A program made the position numbers and the translations under genes. Under the pieces are notes generated by a model. The model had not been told where the DNA came from, searched no databases, and saw only the letters and a program-made list of their open reading frames with translations. DNA of 64,000 nt from Clostridia bacterium (GTDB lineage Bacteria > Bacillota > Limnochordia > DTU080 > RSA5): assembly GCA_002919235.1 (NCBI GenBank), contig PKEX01000008.1:138530-202529 (forward strand), read 5' to 3'. Of this stretch, positions 48,366-59,145 are shown in pieces. Numbering within the stretch: the stretch's first letter is position 1; each line of letters begins with the position of its first letter.

Positions 48366-48716
48366 TTGTCGATGACTGGGCACAGCATCTTCGGGATCTT
48401 CCAGCACCCGCAAGCCGCCCGCGACGCCGCCCGCCTCCTGCGCCAGGCGGGCTTCTCCCGGATCTGGCTCGAGCCCGCGGACTCTCACCTCGACGCAGAC
48501 CTGCATGTCCCGGGCCCGGAGATGGAGGCGCTTTACAGCTGGACCCCGGACACTGCGGTACACGGAGGCCTGGAGCCCCACGGCGCCGGCGGCTGGCCAT
48601 CGCCCGGAGCGGCTTCGCAGTGGTTCGTGGTCACCGAGACGGACGGGAGCGACACCCAGATTGAGCGGGCGGTGAAGATCATCAAGCTGCACGGCGGGCA
48701 CGTGGCGGAGACGTAA
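48366..48716 (+). CDS. Hypothetical protein, about 116 aa
   Basis: GAGGAGG RBS; ferredoxin-like pattern IFGIF...AARLLRQAGF...AVKIIKLHGG. Confidence 0.65.
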   Translation: MSMTGHSIFGIFQHPQAARDAARLLRQAGFSRIWLEPADSHLDADLHVPGPEMEALYSWTPDTAVHGGLEPHGAGGWPSPGAASQWFVVTETDGSDTQIERAVKIIKLHGGHVAET

Positions 48717-48743
48717 TCTCACGCAGAGGAGGAACCGTTCGTC

Positions 48744-48992
48744 ATGGCCGAGTGGCTTTTCTGGTGGACCCTGGCCGCCATGCTTTGGCTGGGCCACTGG
48801 TCCGGGGTCGGCGTGTTTCTCTCGGAGTTCAGCCGGGCCGCCGCGCTCTCGGGCGCCGCCGCGCTGATGATCCCGGGCTCCATCGAGGCGCAGCTTCACC
48901 TCTTCCTGGCCGCCGCTCTGGCCCAGTGTGTCCTAGCCCGCCTGGTTCGCACCCGCCGCCCGCCCGCACCCCACCGGCCGCCCCGGGGGTGA
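48744..48992 (+). CDS. Small membrane protein
   Basis: AGGAGG RBS; hydrophobic; its stop overlaps the PBP start (GTGA). Confidence 0.6.
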   Translation: MAEWLFWWTLAAMLWLGHWSGVGVFLSEFSRAAALSGAAALMIPGSIEAQLHLFLAAALAQCVLARLVRTRRPPAPHRPPRG

Positions 48993-51061
48993 AGCCGGTG
49001 CCTCTGCGGCGCCGCCTTGCCTCGGCCGTTTTTCTCCTGCTGCTGGCGGCCGTGCTGGCGACGGCGGCGCGCGGGTACTTCCTCCTCCGCCGTTTTGAAT
49101 CGGAGAGAGTTTTCGCCGGCGCGGCGCTGCTCGACATCGACGGGAACGTCTTCGCCACGGCCGGGAAAGGAGCCGGTCTCTACGTGCCGTTGGACGGCGT
49201 CCCGCCGCACGTGGTCGACGCCGTCGTGGCCATTGAGGACGCCCGCTTCTGGCAGCACCCGGGGCTCGATCCCATCGGCATCGCCCGGGCGCTCCTCGTC
49301 AACCTGCGCCGGGGGCGCCCCGCGCAAGGCGCCAGCACCATCACCCAGCAGCTGGCCCGCAACCTCTTCCTCACGCCTGAAAAGACGATCCTCCGCAAAG
49401 TGCAGGAAGCCGTCTACGCCCTGGTCCTGGAAGCCCGCTACAGCAAGCAGGAGATCCTGGAGCTCTACCTCAACGAGGCGTATTTCGGCGAAGGGGCCTA
49501 CGGCATCGCGGCGGCCTCCCAGGTCTACTTCGGCAAGCCGGCGGAAAGCCTCACGCTGGCCGAAGGAGCGCTCCTGGCCGGCCTGCTCCAGGCGCCTTCC
49601 CGCTACACGCCGTACCGCAACCCCGAAGGCGCCCGCGACCGGCGCGACGTGGTCCTGGCCCGCATGGAGGAGCTGGGAATGATCGGGCCCCGGGAGCGGG
49701 CGGCGGCACAGCAGGAGCCGGTCGCCTTGGCCCCGCGGCGGGCGGGCAGGGCTCCCTACTTCGCCGACTACGTCGCCGCGTGGCTGCGGGAGCGTTTCGA
49801 CGCCGCCACCCTTTCCCGGGCCGGGCTGCGGGTGCGCACCACCCTGGACCCCCGGGTGCAGGAGGCCGCCGAGAAAGCCCTGGGGGATCACCAGGGGGCC
49901 ATCGTGGTCCTGGACGTGGCCACCGGAGCGATCCGGGCGATGGTGGGCGGCCGGGATTACCGGGAGAGCCAGTTCAACCGGGCGGTGGATGCGGTGCGCC
50001 AGCCCGGATCGGCGTTCAAGCCCTTCGTCTTCGCGGCCGCCCTGGAGCGGGGCTGGCAGATGAACCACCTGGTCGAGGATGTGCCCCGCTCCTACGGAGG
50101 GTATGCGCCCCGCAACTTCCGCGACGAGTACTGGGGCCCCGTCACCATGAAGCAGGCCTTGTCCCGCTCCCTCAACAACGGCGCCGTATGGCTCCTGCGG
50201 GAGATTGGCGTCACCGCCGGGGTGGAGATGGCGGAACGCTTGGGCATCTCCACCCTGACCCCCGACGACCGCCACCTGGGGTTGGCTTTGGGCGGGCTCA
50301 AGTACGGGACGACGCCGCTGGAGATGGCCGCCGCGTACCTTCCCTTCGCCAGCGGGGGCATCCGGCGGGAGCCCTTCGCTGTCCTGGAGGTGACGGATGC
50401 TTCAGGCAAGGTGTACTACCGCCACCGCCCGGCGTCCCGCCGGGTGCTGTCGGAAGAGGTGGCCTACTTCATCACCGACATGCTGCGGGAGGCGGTGGAG
50501 CGGGGCACCGGGACTGCGGCCGCCATCGGACGGCCGCAGGCGGGCAAGACCGGCACCGCCGACCACCAGGTCAGCGCGTGGTTCGTCGGCTACACCCCGG
50601 AGCTGGTGGCCAGCGTGTACGTGGGAAACGACGACGGCTCGCCTCTTTCCGGAGGCGGCGGAACGCTGGCGGCGCCCATCTGGGGCCGGTTGATGGCGGA
50701 AGCCCTTCGCGGCCGGCCCGTTCAGGATTTCCCGGTGCCCGACTACGTCGTCACGAGCGTGCCCGTCGACTTTCGCACCGGGCTCCTGGCCGGCGAGGGC
50801 TGTCCCCACCGGGAGATGGACGCCTTCGTGGTGGGACGGGCCCCCACCGAGTATTCCCCTTGCGCCTGGACCCGGGTGAACCCCCCGCCGGATGCCGGCC
50901 CCCTGCCCGGCCCCGCCGCGGATCCCGGGGCAGGTGCCGAGCGAGAAGCCGGAGAGCCCCTGCCGCCCGGCCAGTCCCGCCCCGGAGACAGATGGGAGGA
51001 TTATCCAGAAATCCCCCTCCCTCAAGGAGGCTCTGTCTCCAGAATGTCGAATTCTATCTAA
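48989..51061 (+). CDS. Class A penicillin-binding protein (PBP1A family)
   Basis: Transglycosylase EDARF, GASTITQQL, RKVQE; transpeptidase SAFK, SLN, KTG. Confidence 0.93.
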   Translation: MKPVPLRRRLASAVFLLLLAAVLATAARGYFLLRRFESERVFAGAALLDIDGNVFATAGKGAGLYVPLDGVPPHVVDAVVAIEDARFWQHPGLDPIGIARALLVNLRRGRPAQGASTITQQLARNLFLTPEKTILRKVQEAVYALVLEARYSKQEILELYLNEAYFGEGAYGIAAASQVYFGKPAESLTLAEGALLAGLLQAPSRYTPYRNPEGARDRRDVVLARMEELGMIGPRERAAAQQEPVALAPRRAGRAPYFADYVAAWLRERFDAATLSRAGLRVRTTLDPRVQEAAEKALGDHQGAIVVLDVATGAIRAMVGGRDYRESQFNRAVDAVRQPGSAFKPFVFAAALERGWQMNHLVEDVPRSYGGYAPRNFRDEYWGPVTMKQALSRSLNNGAVWLLREIGVTAGVEMAERLGISTLTPDDRHLGLALGGLKYGTTPLEMAAAYLPFASGGIRREPFAVLEVTDASGKVYYRHRPASRRVLSEEVAYFITDMLREAVERGTGTAAAIGRPQAGKTGTADHQVSAWFVGYTPELVASVYVGNDDGSPLSGGGGTLAAPIWGRLMAEALRGRPVQDFPVPDYVVTSVPVDFRTGLLAGEGCPHREMDAFVVGRAPTEYSPCAWTRVNPPPDAGPLPGPAADPGAGAEREAGEPLPPGQSRPGDRWEDYPEIPLPQGGSVSRMSNSI

Positions 51062-51112
51062 ATCGAACAGCGTTTCTTGCAGAGCCGTTTCCGGGGGGAG
51101 GCAGCGCGCGCG

Positions 51113-52360
51113 ATGGCGGCGCCCTTGAGGTTCTGGGTGCTCACGACTGCCGGCCCGGCGTCCGTGCAGCCCATCAGCCGGATGATCGAAGCTTTTTCCA
51201 GGCGCAGCGGCGTGCCGGTGGAACTCCGGGCCATTCCGTGGGGCCGGGGGTGGAGGGCGCTGACCCGGGCCATCAAGAGGCGGGACCTTCCCGACGTCAT
51301 GCACATCGGGTCGACGTGGATCGCGACCCTGGCCCATCTCGATCTGCTGGCGGAAGCGCCCCGCGGCGTGTGGACGCAGCCGACCGTCGCCCCGTGGGTG
51401 GACGAGGCCGCATTGGCGGGCGGCGTCGCCTGGGCCGTGCCGTGGACGGTGGAGTGCAACGTCCTCATCGGCCGCACCGATCTCCTGGAAGCGGCGGGGG
51501 TGGCGCCCGAAGAGTTTTCCGACTGGGACGGCTTTCTCCAGGTCTGCCGGCGCCTCGACGGCATGGGGCGCTCCGGGGACGGCCCGCTCAAAGGCATCCT
51601 CCCCGTGGCCGTCCACTCCCGGCCGGACTCCGTCACCCTCCACTGGGCGACGCCGTGGCTCTGGTCCGGCGGGTGGCGGCTGGACCGAGAGACACTGGTC
51701 CACGGCGTGGTGCTCCGCGACGAGAGCGCCGAGCCGGGGCTGCAGTTTATCGCGGAGCTTTTCAAGACCAGCCCACTGCTGCCGGAGATGGCCGATACGT
51801 CCAGCTTCCGCGTGGCGCTGGACTTCTTTGAGGCCGGCCGGTACGTCTTTTACTCCAGCCATTCGGTGCACTTTTTCAGACCGCTGGTGCAGGCAGGCCC
51901 CGGTGAACGCCCGTCCCGCTGGCCCATGGCCATGTTTCCGCTGCCCCGGGGCCCGGCCGGATCCCTGACGCGCGGGGGCGGCTCGTTTCTGGCCGTCTCC
52001 CGGACGTCGAAGCAGCCGGCCGTCGCATGGGAGCTGGTCCGCTTTCTCACCGAGGACCAGCAGCTGACGGAGCTGGCCCTGGTCACCGGAGAGCTGCCCG
52101 CGCTCCAGGGCACCTTTTGGAGCCAGTACGCGCACCACCCGGCCCACCGGGAGGTCTTACAGATGCTGCGCAACGCCCGGGCCTATCCCCCGCACCCGCT
52201 GTGGCGGACGGTAGAGTCGCTGCTGGTGAACGGGATCGGCGAGATCTGCTGGCGATTTGCCCGCGGCCAGGGATACGACGCCGCCCTGCAGTCTTTGACG
52301 GCTCAAATCGATCAGCGGATCCAGAACCTACTTCGACTCGGCTGGGAGGTGTCGGCGTGA
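51113..52360 (+). CDS. Family-1 (sugar-type) solute-binding protein without an evident signal peptide
   Basis: VELRAIPW...PDVMHIGSTW, AVPW, GGSFLAV...AWELVRFLT. No lipobox or hydrophobic core at the N-terminus. Confidence 0.8.
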   Translation: MAAPLRFWVLTTAGPASVQPISRMIEAFSRRSGVPVELRAIPWGRGWRALTRAIKRRDLPDVMHIGSTWIATLAHLDLLAEAPRGVWTQPTVAPWVDEAALAGGVAWAVPWTVECNVLIGRTDLLEAAGVAPEEFSDWDGFLQVCRRLDGMGRSGDGPLKGILPVAVHSRPDSVTLHWATPWLWSGGWRLDRETLVHGVVLRDESAEPGLQFIAELFKTSPLLPEMADTSSFRVALDFFEAGRYVFYSSHSVHFFRPLVQAGPGERPSRWPMAMFPLPRGPAGSLTRGGGSFLAVSRTSKQPAVAWELVRFLTEDQQLTELALVTGELPALQGTFWSQYAHHPAHREVLQMLRNARAYPPHPLWRTVESLLVNGIGEICWRFARGQGYDAALQSLTAQIDQRIQNLLRLGWEVSA

Positions 52361-53775
52361 GGCTCGTCGATCCCACCCAGGCCGCCGCTTTGGGCGCCCG
52401 GGCCGGCCTGGCCCTTTGCCAAGGCGACGCGACGTACCGGGCGTTTTGGCGGGCCGCCGAGGTGATCCTGCAGCCTCTTTCCCACACCTTCGAACAAGTG
52501 AGCATTTTCGTCGCCGACCCGCAGGAGGACGTGTTCCACGAGGAAGCCATCGCCGGTCCCGACGGCGGCCAAGGCTCGGACGAGCTTCCCATGTACCAGC
52601 TCCCCGACGCCCTGCTCAAGGACGGCCGGGTGGTGGAACGCTCCCGGGGCCCCTACCGCCAGCTGCTGGCCCCCATCCGCCTGGCCGGCCAGCTCATCGG
52701 GCTCTTGTCGCTCACATCCCGGGCTGGCGCCACCCCGGCGCAGCTGGACGCGGTGGCCGCGCTGGCCGATGCGCTGGCTCCGGGCGTCGGGTACGCGTTG
52801 CAGCGGCGCGCGGCGGAGCAGGCTCTCTCCGTGATGCACGCGGCGGCCAAGATGAGCCGGGAACTGGTGGGGGTCAGCGGGTTTTCTCCCGACCGCCTCC
52901 TCTACCGGTTCGTCTCCCTGGTGGTGGAACAGCTCAAATTCGACCGGGCGACGCTGGTGGTCTTCTCCGAAGAACAGGCGGCGCCGGCCCGGGTCATCTG
53001 CGCGTCCCTGGGACGTCCTCCCACCGAGATCAACCCTGAGCGGCTGCCGCCTATCCCGCATCTGATCACCGACGATCCTCTTCCGGTGCAGGACGTGCCG
53101 GGGGTGTGGATCCCCATCAACTTAGGCCGGCAGCGGCTGGGAGCGCTGCTCGCGGACAACCTGTACTCCCTGGAGACGCCGTCCCGGGAGACCATCCAGT
53201 CGCTCATCGATCTCACGGGCCAGGTGGCGCTCTCGCTGGAAAACGTCCGCCTGTTCGAACGGCTTCAGGCCATGGCGCTGCGCGACGACCTCACGGGCCT
53301 CTTCCGTCCCGGGTACTTTTACGAACGGCTCCAGGAGGAACTGGCCCGCCTTGAGCAGGATGGCGAGCCCGCGGCGCTGATCTTCATCGACCTGGACGAT
53401 TTCAAGGCCGTCAACGACACCTACGGCCACCGGGCGGGCGACGCCTTGCTGGTGCAGGTGGCTCAGGAGCTCAAGTCGGGACTTCGGCCCCGCGACGTGG
53501 TCTGCCGCATGGGCGGGGACGAGTTCATCGTCTTCCTCCCCCGGGTGAAAGAGACGGACGCCGTGGCCATCGCGCAGCGGGTCTGCGACCGGATCGCCCG
53601 CAAGGAGTACGTCCTCCCCGACGGGGCACGGGCGCGCGTCCGGGTCAGCGCCGGGGTCTCTCTCTACCCCCAGAACGCCCGCGACTGGCAGAAGCTGATC
53701 CACCGCGCCGACCAGGCTATGTATTTCGCCAAGCGCAGCGGCAAGGGGCGGGTGTACACCGCTGCGCTCACGTGA
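52357..53775 (+). CDS. GAF-GAF-GGDEF diguanylate cyclase
   Basis: GTG overlaps the SBP stop (GTGA). DDLTGL, DLDDFKAVNDTYGH, RPRD I-site, GGDEF; two GAF-like regions; no TM helix. Confidence 0.9.
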   Translation: MRLVDPTQAAALGARAGLALCQGDATYRAFWRAAEVILQPLSHTFEQVSIFVADPQEDVFHEEAIAGPDGGQGSDELPMYQLPDALLKDGRVVERSRGPYRQLLAPIRLAGQLIGLLSLTSRAGATPAQLDAVAALADALAPGVGYALQRRAAEQALSVMHAAAKMSRELVGVSGFSPDRLLYRFVSLVVEQLKFDRATLVVFSEEQAAPARVICASLGRPPTEINPERLPPIPHLITDDPLPVQDVPGVWIPINLGRQRLGALLADNLYSLETPSRETIQSLIDLTGQVALSLENVRLFERLQAMALRDDLTGLFRPGYFYERLQEELARLEQDGEPAALIFIDLDDFKAVNDTYGHRAGDALLVQVAQELKSGLRPRDVVCRMGGDEFIVFLPRVKETDAVAIAQRVCDRIARKEYVLPDGARARVRVSAGVSLYPQNARDWQKLIHRADQAMYFAKRSGKGRVYTAALT

Positions 53776-53806
53776 GCCGGTGCCGGGACCGCCCAAATGG
53801 AGGAAG

Positions 53807-53837
53807 AAAAAACCCGCCCCCTTTCCGGAGCGGGTTT
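53807..53837 (-). terminator. Intrinsic terminator after rpsI
   Basis: AACCCGC / GCGGGTT stem with a T tract on the minus strand. Confidence 0.65.
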
Positions 53838-53857
53838 CGCGGCGTTCCGTCTCCAAA

Positions 53858-54256
53858 TCAGCGTTTCGAGAACTGGGGTGCCTTGCGGGCCTTCTTGAGG
53901 CCGTACTTGCGGCGCTCCTTCATACGGGGATCGCGCGTCAAAAACCCGGCCCGCTTCAAGGGGACCCGGAACTCGGGATCCACGTCGAGAAGGGCCCGCG
54001 CGATGCCGTGCCGGATCGCCCCCGCCTGGCCGGCTGGACCGCCGCCTCTCACGATGGCGATGACGTCATAGCGGTCCTCCACCTTCACCGTCGCCAGGGG
54101 AGCGCGGACCATATGCTCCAGGATCGGCCGGTTGAAATACTCCTCCAGCGTCTTGCCGTTGATGATGATCCGACCGTTTCCAGGAACCAGGCGGACCCGG
54201 GCCACTGCCGTCTTGCGCCGGCCGGTGCCGTAAAGCTGCTCCGTAGCGATGGCCAT
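53858..54256 (-). CDS. rpsI: 30S ribosomal protein S9
   Basis: [12 protein letters not shown] and the terminal QFSKR. Confidence 0.98.
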   Translation of the reverse strand: MAIATEQLYGTGRRKTAVARVRLVPGNGRIIINGKTLEEYFNRPILEHMVRAPLATVKVEDRYDVIAIVRGGGPAGQAGAIRHGIARALLDVDPEFRVPLKRAGFLTRDPRMKERRKYGLKKARKAPQFSKR

Positions 54257-54275
54257 CACAAGCCTCCTTTCCTAA

Positions 54276-54713
54276 CTAGCCCTCGACAGCGACGGGCTCA
54301 GGCTTTTGCGCCTCATGGGGATGATCGGGTCCAGCGTACACCTTGAGCTTGCGGAACTGCCTCCGGCCCAGCCGGTTATGGGGGAGCATTCCCCAGACGG
54401 CCAGCTCCACCATGCGTTCGGGCTGGGTCTCGAGCATCTGGGCCGCCGTGCGCATCTTCAAGCCGCCGGGATACCGCGAGTGCCGGTAATAGATCTTCTG
54501 CTCGCGCTTTTTCCCGGAGAGGCGGACCTGGCTGGCGTTGACGACGATCACGTAGTCCCCGCTGTCAATGTGGGGCGTGTAGGTAGGCTTGTGCTTGCCC
54601 CGCAAGATCGCGGCCACCTGGCTTGCCAGGCGCCCGAGCGTCTTTCCCCGGGCGTCGACGATGTACCACTTCTTGTCGACGTCCTGCTCCTTTGCCATGT
54701 ATGTCCGTTGCAA
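54276..54713 (-). CDS. rplM: 50S ribosomal protein L13
   Basis: [25 protein letters not shown] start at 54713. Confidence 0.97.
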   Translation of the reverse strand: MQRTYMAKEQDVDKKWYIVDARGKTLGRLASQVAAILRGKHKPTYTPHIDSGDYVIVVNASQVRLSGKKREQKIYYRHSRYPGGLKMRTAAQMLETQPERMVELAVWGMLPHNRLGRRQFRKLKVYAGPDHPHEAQKPEPVAVEG

Positions 54714-54843
54714 CGCGTCTTCCCCCTCAGCTTGCGTCTGCCAGATCCCGTTCGACGTCACGGGGGATCGAAGGGAAAGCGGCAGCCATGACCCTAGGCA
54801 TAGTCCGCGTTCCATTCTAATATACGGCGAATCTAAGTGTCAA
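54714..54843 (-). promoter_or_regulatory. rplM promoter and about 95-nt leader (possible L13 autoregulatory leader)
   Basis: TTGACA (54843-54838), 18 bp, TAGAAT (54819-54814). The leader is potentially structured. Confidence 0.6.
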
Positions 54844-55621
54844 GGCGAAGACCCTGTCTCTCCCCCGGCGTCCCCGGCGGGTAAGCCACCCACATGAGCG
54901 TCAGCCCTTTGCCGGGAAGCGTGGGCCCTGCCATCCGGCGGTCTTTGGAAGCCAGCACCTCCCGCACCCACTCGGGATCCCGCTTGCCCTTGCCCACCTC
55001 TACCAGAGTCCCGGCGATGATTCGCACCATGTGAAAGAGAAAGCCGTCGGCCTCCAAGGTGATGGCCACCAGGCCGTCCCGGGCCGTGACGTCGCAGCGG
55101 GTCACCGTCCGCACCGTGCTGCGCCCGGCGTGGCCGGAGCCGGCAAAGGCCTTGAAGTCGTGGCGCCCTACCAGGTACTGGGCGGCCCGGTCCATCGCCT
55201 CGACGTCCAAAGGGCGGGAGACGAAGTGGGTGTAGTGCCGCAGCAGGGGCGAGGGAAACGGGCGGTTGTCGATGCGGTAGACGTACTGCTTCGCCACCGC
55301 CCAGTAACGGGCGTGAAACTCCAGCGGCACCTCGACCGCCCCTACTACCCGGATGTCCGGCGGCAGCACGCCGTTCATCGCGTAGGGGACTCGCTCCGCC
55401 GGGATGGCGTCCGAGGCGGTCCTGAAGTTGACCACCTGTCCTTCCGCATGCACCCCGGCATCGGTCCGGCCGGCGCCGATCACCTTCACGCGCTCGCCCA
55501 CCAGGCGTTCCCACGCCCGCTCCAGCTCCCTTTGGATGGTGGGGCGGTCACTGAGGCCCTGGTCCTGAAAACCGTGGTAGTGGGTGCCGTCGTACGCCAC
55601 CGTCAGCTTCAGGTTCCGCAC
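54833..55621 (-). CDS. truA: tRNA pseudouridine(38-40) synthase
   Basis: [24 protein letters not shown]. Confidence 0.96.
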   Translation of the reverse strand: MRNLKLTVAYDGTHYHGFQDQGLSDRPTIQRELERAWERLVGERVKVIGAGRTDAGVHAEGQVVNFRTASDAIPAERVPYAMNGVLPPDIRVVGAVEVPLEFHARYWAVAKQYVYRIDNRPFPSPLLRHYTHFVSRPLDVEAMDRAAQYLVGRHDFKAFAGSGHAGRSTVRTVTRCDVTARDGLVAITLEADGFLFHMVRIIAGTLVEVGKGKRDPEWVREVLASKDRRMAGPTLPGKGLTLMWVAYPPGTPGERQGLRLDT

Positions 55622-55761
55622 CGTGCCGTCCTCACCCCGTCCCGGAAGCCCCCCGCCGCACAGGGCCGCGCCGGCGGCACGCACGACAAAAGCGGCGGAA
55701 GCTCCGCCGCCCTGCCTTCCCCTGTGCGATCACGCCCGGCAAAACGCCCCGCGCCCGGCGG

Positions 55762-56100
55762 TCAGACCAGCTCCAAGATGGACATGGGCGCGGCGTCTCC
55801 CCGGCGCGGTCCGAGCTTGAGCAGCCGGGTGTATCCGCCGCTGCGATCCCGGTAGCGGGGCGCCACCTCGTCAAACAGCTTGCGAACCGCTTCAGGGTTG
55901 TTGAGAAACGCCGCCGCTTGCCGCCTTGCGTGCAGATCGCCCCGCTTGCCCAGGGTGATCATCTTGTCCACCAGCGGCTTGGCCGCCCTAGCCTTCCCTT
56001 CGGTCGTCTGGATCCTCCCATGGAGCACGACGGATGCCACAAGCCCGCGCAGCACCGCCTTGCGGTGCCCCTGGGTGCGTCCGAGCTTTTGCAAGGCCAT
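55762..56100 (-). CDS. rplQ: 50S ribosomal protein L17
   Basis: KLGR...GGYTR...RRGDAAPM. Confidence 0.97.
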   Translation of the reverse strand: MALQKLGRTQGHRKAVLRGLVASVVLHGRIQTTEGKARAAKPLVDKMITLGKRGDLHARRQAAAFLNNPEAVRKLFDEVAPRYRDRSGGYTRLLKLGPRRGDAAPMSILELV

Positions 56101-56143
56101 GGCGACGACCTCCTTCTTCTGAAAATCATACCGGCACGACCCT

Positions 56144-57085
56144 TCAGTCGTCCGACGAGCGCAGGCTCAGGTTGAGCGCTGCCAGCTTTTCCTTGACTTC
56201 CTGGAGCGACTTCTTCCCCAGGTTCCTTACCTTCATCATGTCCTCTTCGGTCCTGCGGACGAGCTCCTCCACGGTGTTGATCCCCGCCCGCTTCAAGCAG
56301 TTGTACGAGCGGACCGAAAGATCCAGCTCTTCGATGGTCATCTCCAGGAGGCGGTTGCGCTCCTCGTCTTCCTTTTCGACCATGATCTCGACGCCCTCGG
56401 TGTTCTCGCCGAGGCCCACGAAGATCCGCAAATGCTCCGTGAGGATCTTGGCCGAAAGGCTCACCGCCTCGTTGGGAGCGATGCTGCCGTCCGTCCACAC
56501 CTCGAGGATCAGCCGGTCAAAGTCGGTCTGCTGCCCGACCCGGGTGTCTTCCACCTTGAAGTTCACCCGGCGCACCGGCGTAAAGATCGAGTCCACCGCG
56601 ATGACGCCGATGGGCTGGTCCGGCTTCTTGTTGCGGTCCGCGGAGACGTACCCCCGCCCCTTCGCCACGGTCACCTCCATCTCGAGCCGTCCGTCCTTCG
56701 CCAGCGTCGCGATGTGGAGGTCCGGGTTGAGGATCTCGACGGTGCTCGGCGTCTCGAAGTCGCCCGCGGTCACCTCGCCCTCGCCCTCGGCCACAAGGCG
56801 GATGGTGGCGGGCTCGTCCTGGTGGAGCTTGACCAGGAGCTCCTTCAGGTTGAGGATGATCTCGGTGGTGTCCTCCACCACGCCCTTAATCGTGGAAAAC
56901 TCGTGCAGCACGCCGTCGATGCGGACCGAGGTCACCGCCGCCCCCGGAAGGGACGAGAGCAGGATGCGCCTGAGAGAGTTGCCGAGCGTGATCCCATACC
57001 CGCGCTCGAGCGGTTCGACGACAAACCTCCCGTAGGTCTCGGTCATCTCTTCCGTCTCGATCTTGGGCTTCTGAATTTCGATCAT
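56144..57085 (-). CDS. rpoA: RNA polymerase alpha subunit
   Basis: [17 protein letters not shown] and [13 protein letters not shown]. Start MIEIQKP. Confidence 0.98.
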   Translation of the reverse strand: MIEIQKPKIETEEMTETYGRFVVEPLERGYGITLGNSLRRILLSSLPGAAVTSVRIDGVLHEFSTIKGVVEDTTEIILNLKELLVKLHQDEPATIRLVAEGEGEVTAGDFETPSTVEILNPDLHIATLAKDGRLEMEVTVAKGRGYVSADRNKKPDQPIGVIAVDSIFTPVRRVNFKVEDTRVGQQTDFDRLILEVWTDGSIAPNEAVSLSAKILTEHLRIFVGLGENTEGVEIMVEKEDEERNRLLEMTIEELDLSVRSYNCLKRAGINTVEELVRRTEEDMMKVRNLGKKSLQEVKEKLAALNLSLRSSDD

Positions 57086-57175
57086 AGTCCCGAAACCCTC
57101 CTTGTCGTGACGAGTAGGAGACGGCGAACGCCCGGCCCGCATCATCCCGCGCGCCCGTCTCGCTCACGTCATGGA

Positions 57176-57805
57176 CTACCGGGAGTAGTGCTCGACGATG
57201 AGGTGCTCCTGCACGCGCACGTCGATCTGCTCGCGCGTGGGCAGGCTCTTCACGGTCCCTTTCAGGCCGTCCGCATCCAGCTCTAGCCAATCCGGCACGC
57301 CCCGGCTCTGAGCCGCCTGGACGCTCTCCTTGATCATCGCGATGTTCCGGCTGCGCTCCCGGACGGCGATGACGTCGCCCACCTTCACCCGCGCCGACGG
57401 GATATCCATCTTCTTCCCGTTCACCGTGAAGTGACCGTGCATCACCAGCTGCCGGGCCGCAGCGCGCGAAGGCGCGAAGCCCAGCCGGTAGACCACGTTG
57501 TCCAGCCGGCACTCCAAGAGCTGCAGGAGGGTTTCGCCCGTCACGCCCTTGCGGCGGGACGCCTCCTGGTAATAACGCCGAAACTGGCGCTCCAGCACCC
57601 CGTAGATCCTGCGCAGCTTCTGCTTCTCACGCAGGTGGATGCCGTATTCAGTCAAACGCGGGCGCCGTCCCTGGCCGTGCTGGCCCGGCGGATACGGGCG
57701 GCGGTCCACGGGGCACTTCTCAGTATAGCACTTTTCACCCTTCAAAAAGAGCTTTTCTCCCTCACGCCGGCACAGCCGGCAAACGGGTCCAGTATACCTT
57801 GCCAT
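57176..57805 (-). CDS. rpsD: 30S ribosomal protein S4 (zinc-binding form)
   Basis: CRLCRREG...KC...KC and RLDNVVYR. Confidence 0.98.
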   Translation of the reverse strand: MARYTGPVCRLCRREGEKLFLKGEKCYTEKCPVDRRPYPPGQHGQGRRPRLTEYGIHLREKQKLRRIYGVLERQFRRYYQEASRRKGVTGETLLQLLECRLDNVVYRLGFAPSRAAARQLVMHGHFTVNGKKMDIPSARVKVGDVIAVRERSRNIAMIKESVQAAQSRGVPDWLELDADGLKGTVKSLPTREQIDVRVQEHLIVEHYSR

Positions 57806-57835
57806 CGCTCAGTCTTCCACCTCCGCCGGCTCCGC

Positions 57836-58231
57836 TCAGACCCGCCGCCGCTTGGGCGGGCGGCAACCGTTGTGAGGAATCGGGGTGACGTCTTTGATCA
57901 AGTTCACTTCGAGACCGGCAGCCTGGAGCGAACGGATAGCCGCCTCCCGGCCCGACCCGGGCCCCTTCACGTAGACCTCGATCTCCCGGACCCCATGCTC
58001 CATGGCGGCCCTTGCCGCCGCCTCCGCCGCCATGCTCGCCGCAAAGGGCGTCCCTTTGCGCGATCCCTTAAAGCCCTGGCTTCCGGCGGAAGCCCACGTC
58101 AGCACGTTGCCCTGCTTGTCCGTGATGGTCACGATGGTGTTGTTAAACGTCGAACGGATATGCGCGATCCCGACCGGGACGTTCTTCCGTTCCCGCCGGC
58201 GCAGCCGTGTGCCCTTTCTCGGCCTGGCCAA
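57836..58231 (-). CDS. rpsK: 30S ribosomal protein S11
   Basis: STFNNT and [12 protein letters not shown]. Confidence 0.98.
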   Translation of the reverse strand: MARPRKGTRLRRRERKNVPVGIAHIRSTFNNTIVTITDKQGNVLTWASAGSQGFKGSRKGTPFAASMAAEAAARAAMEHGVREIEVYVKGPGSGREAAIRSLQAAGLEVNLIKDVTPIPHNGCRPPKRRRV

Positions 58232-58352
58232 GTTGTCAACCTCCCTAAATCGCGGAAAGCCACCCCACGAGTGGCATCCTTACCAAGTATCTGCAGAACC
58301 GGTGCCCTTTTACACCGTCCACGCCTTCCGGCAGCCGCCGCGCGGCGCCGGC

Positions 58353-58727
58353 TCAGCGGGCGCGCTTCTTCACGCCGATGGTGCGGCGCGGGCCCTTGCG
58401 GGTCCTGGCGTTGGTGCGCGTCCGCTGCCCGCGCACCGGAAGCCCCCGGCGGTGCCTGAGCCCCCGGTAGCAGCCGATGTCCATGAGGCGCTTGATGTTC
58501 ATCTGCACCTGGCGGCGCAGATCGCCCTCGACCACGTACTCGCGCTCAATCACCTCGCGAAGGCGGTTCACCTCGTCCTCCGTGAGGTCGCGCACCCGGG
58601 TGTCCGGGTTGACCTGGGTCTTCGCGAGGATCTTATTGGACGTCGAACGGCCGATGCCGTAAATGTACGTCAGCGCCACCTCAACCCGCTTGTCACGGGG
58701 CAAATCGACTCCGGCGATTCGTGCCAA
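58353..58727 (-). CDS. rpsM: 30S ribosomal protein S13
   Basis: ARIAGV and [10 protein letters not shown]. Confidence 0.98.
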   Translation of the reverse strand: MARIAGVDLPRDKRVEVALTYIYGIGRSTSNKILAKTQVNPDTRVRDLTEDEVNRLREVIEREYVVEGDLRRQVQMNIKRLMDIGCYRGLRHRRGLPVRGQRTRTNARTRKGPRRTIGVKKRAR

Positions 58728-58754
58728 CAGCCTGCACCTCCTATCTCTCCGGCA

Positions 58755-58868
58755 CTACCCTTGAACCTGTTTGTGCCGGGGATTCTCGCAGATAACCATC
58801 ACTTTGCCATGGCGGCGAATCACTTTGCACTTCTCGCAAATGCGCTTCACCGAAGGCCGCACTTTCAC
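58755..58868 (-). CDS. rpmJ: 50S ribosomal protein L36
   Basis: Below the ORF-track cutoff. Manual translation [37 protein letters not shown]. Confidence 0.97.
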   Translation of the reverse strand: MKVRPSVKRICEKCKVIRRHGKVMVICENPRHKQVQG

Positions 58869-58926
58869 CGCATCCAACTCCCCTTCACGCCGCCCGGCTC
58901 AACGCACCCCAAGCGCCTTCTCCGGC

Positions 58927-59145
58927 TCATTTCTTGCGGTACGTGATGCGCCCGCGGCTAAGATCGTACGGCGACAGCTCCACCGTCACCTTGTCGCCGG
59001 GCAAGATCCTGATGAAGTGCATCCGCATCTTGCCCGAGATATGCGCCAGCACCTTGTGGCCGTTGTCGAGCTCCACCCGGAACATCGCGTTGGGCAGAGG
59101 CTCGATGACCGTCCCTTCCATCTCAATGACGTCCTGCTTGGCCAT
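58927..59145 (-). CDS. infA: Translation initiation factor IF-1
   Basis: [11 protein letters not shown]...LPNAMF...SPYDL. Confidence 0.98.
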   Translation of the reverse strand: MAKQDVIEMEGTVIEPLPNAMFRVELDNGHKVLAHISGKMRMHFIRILPGDKVTVELSPYDLSRGRITYRKK

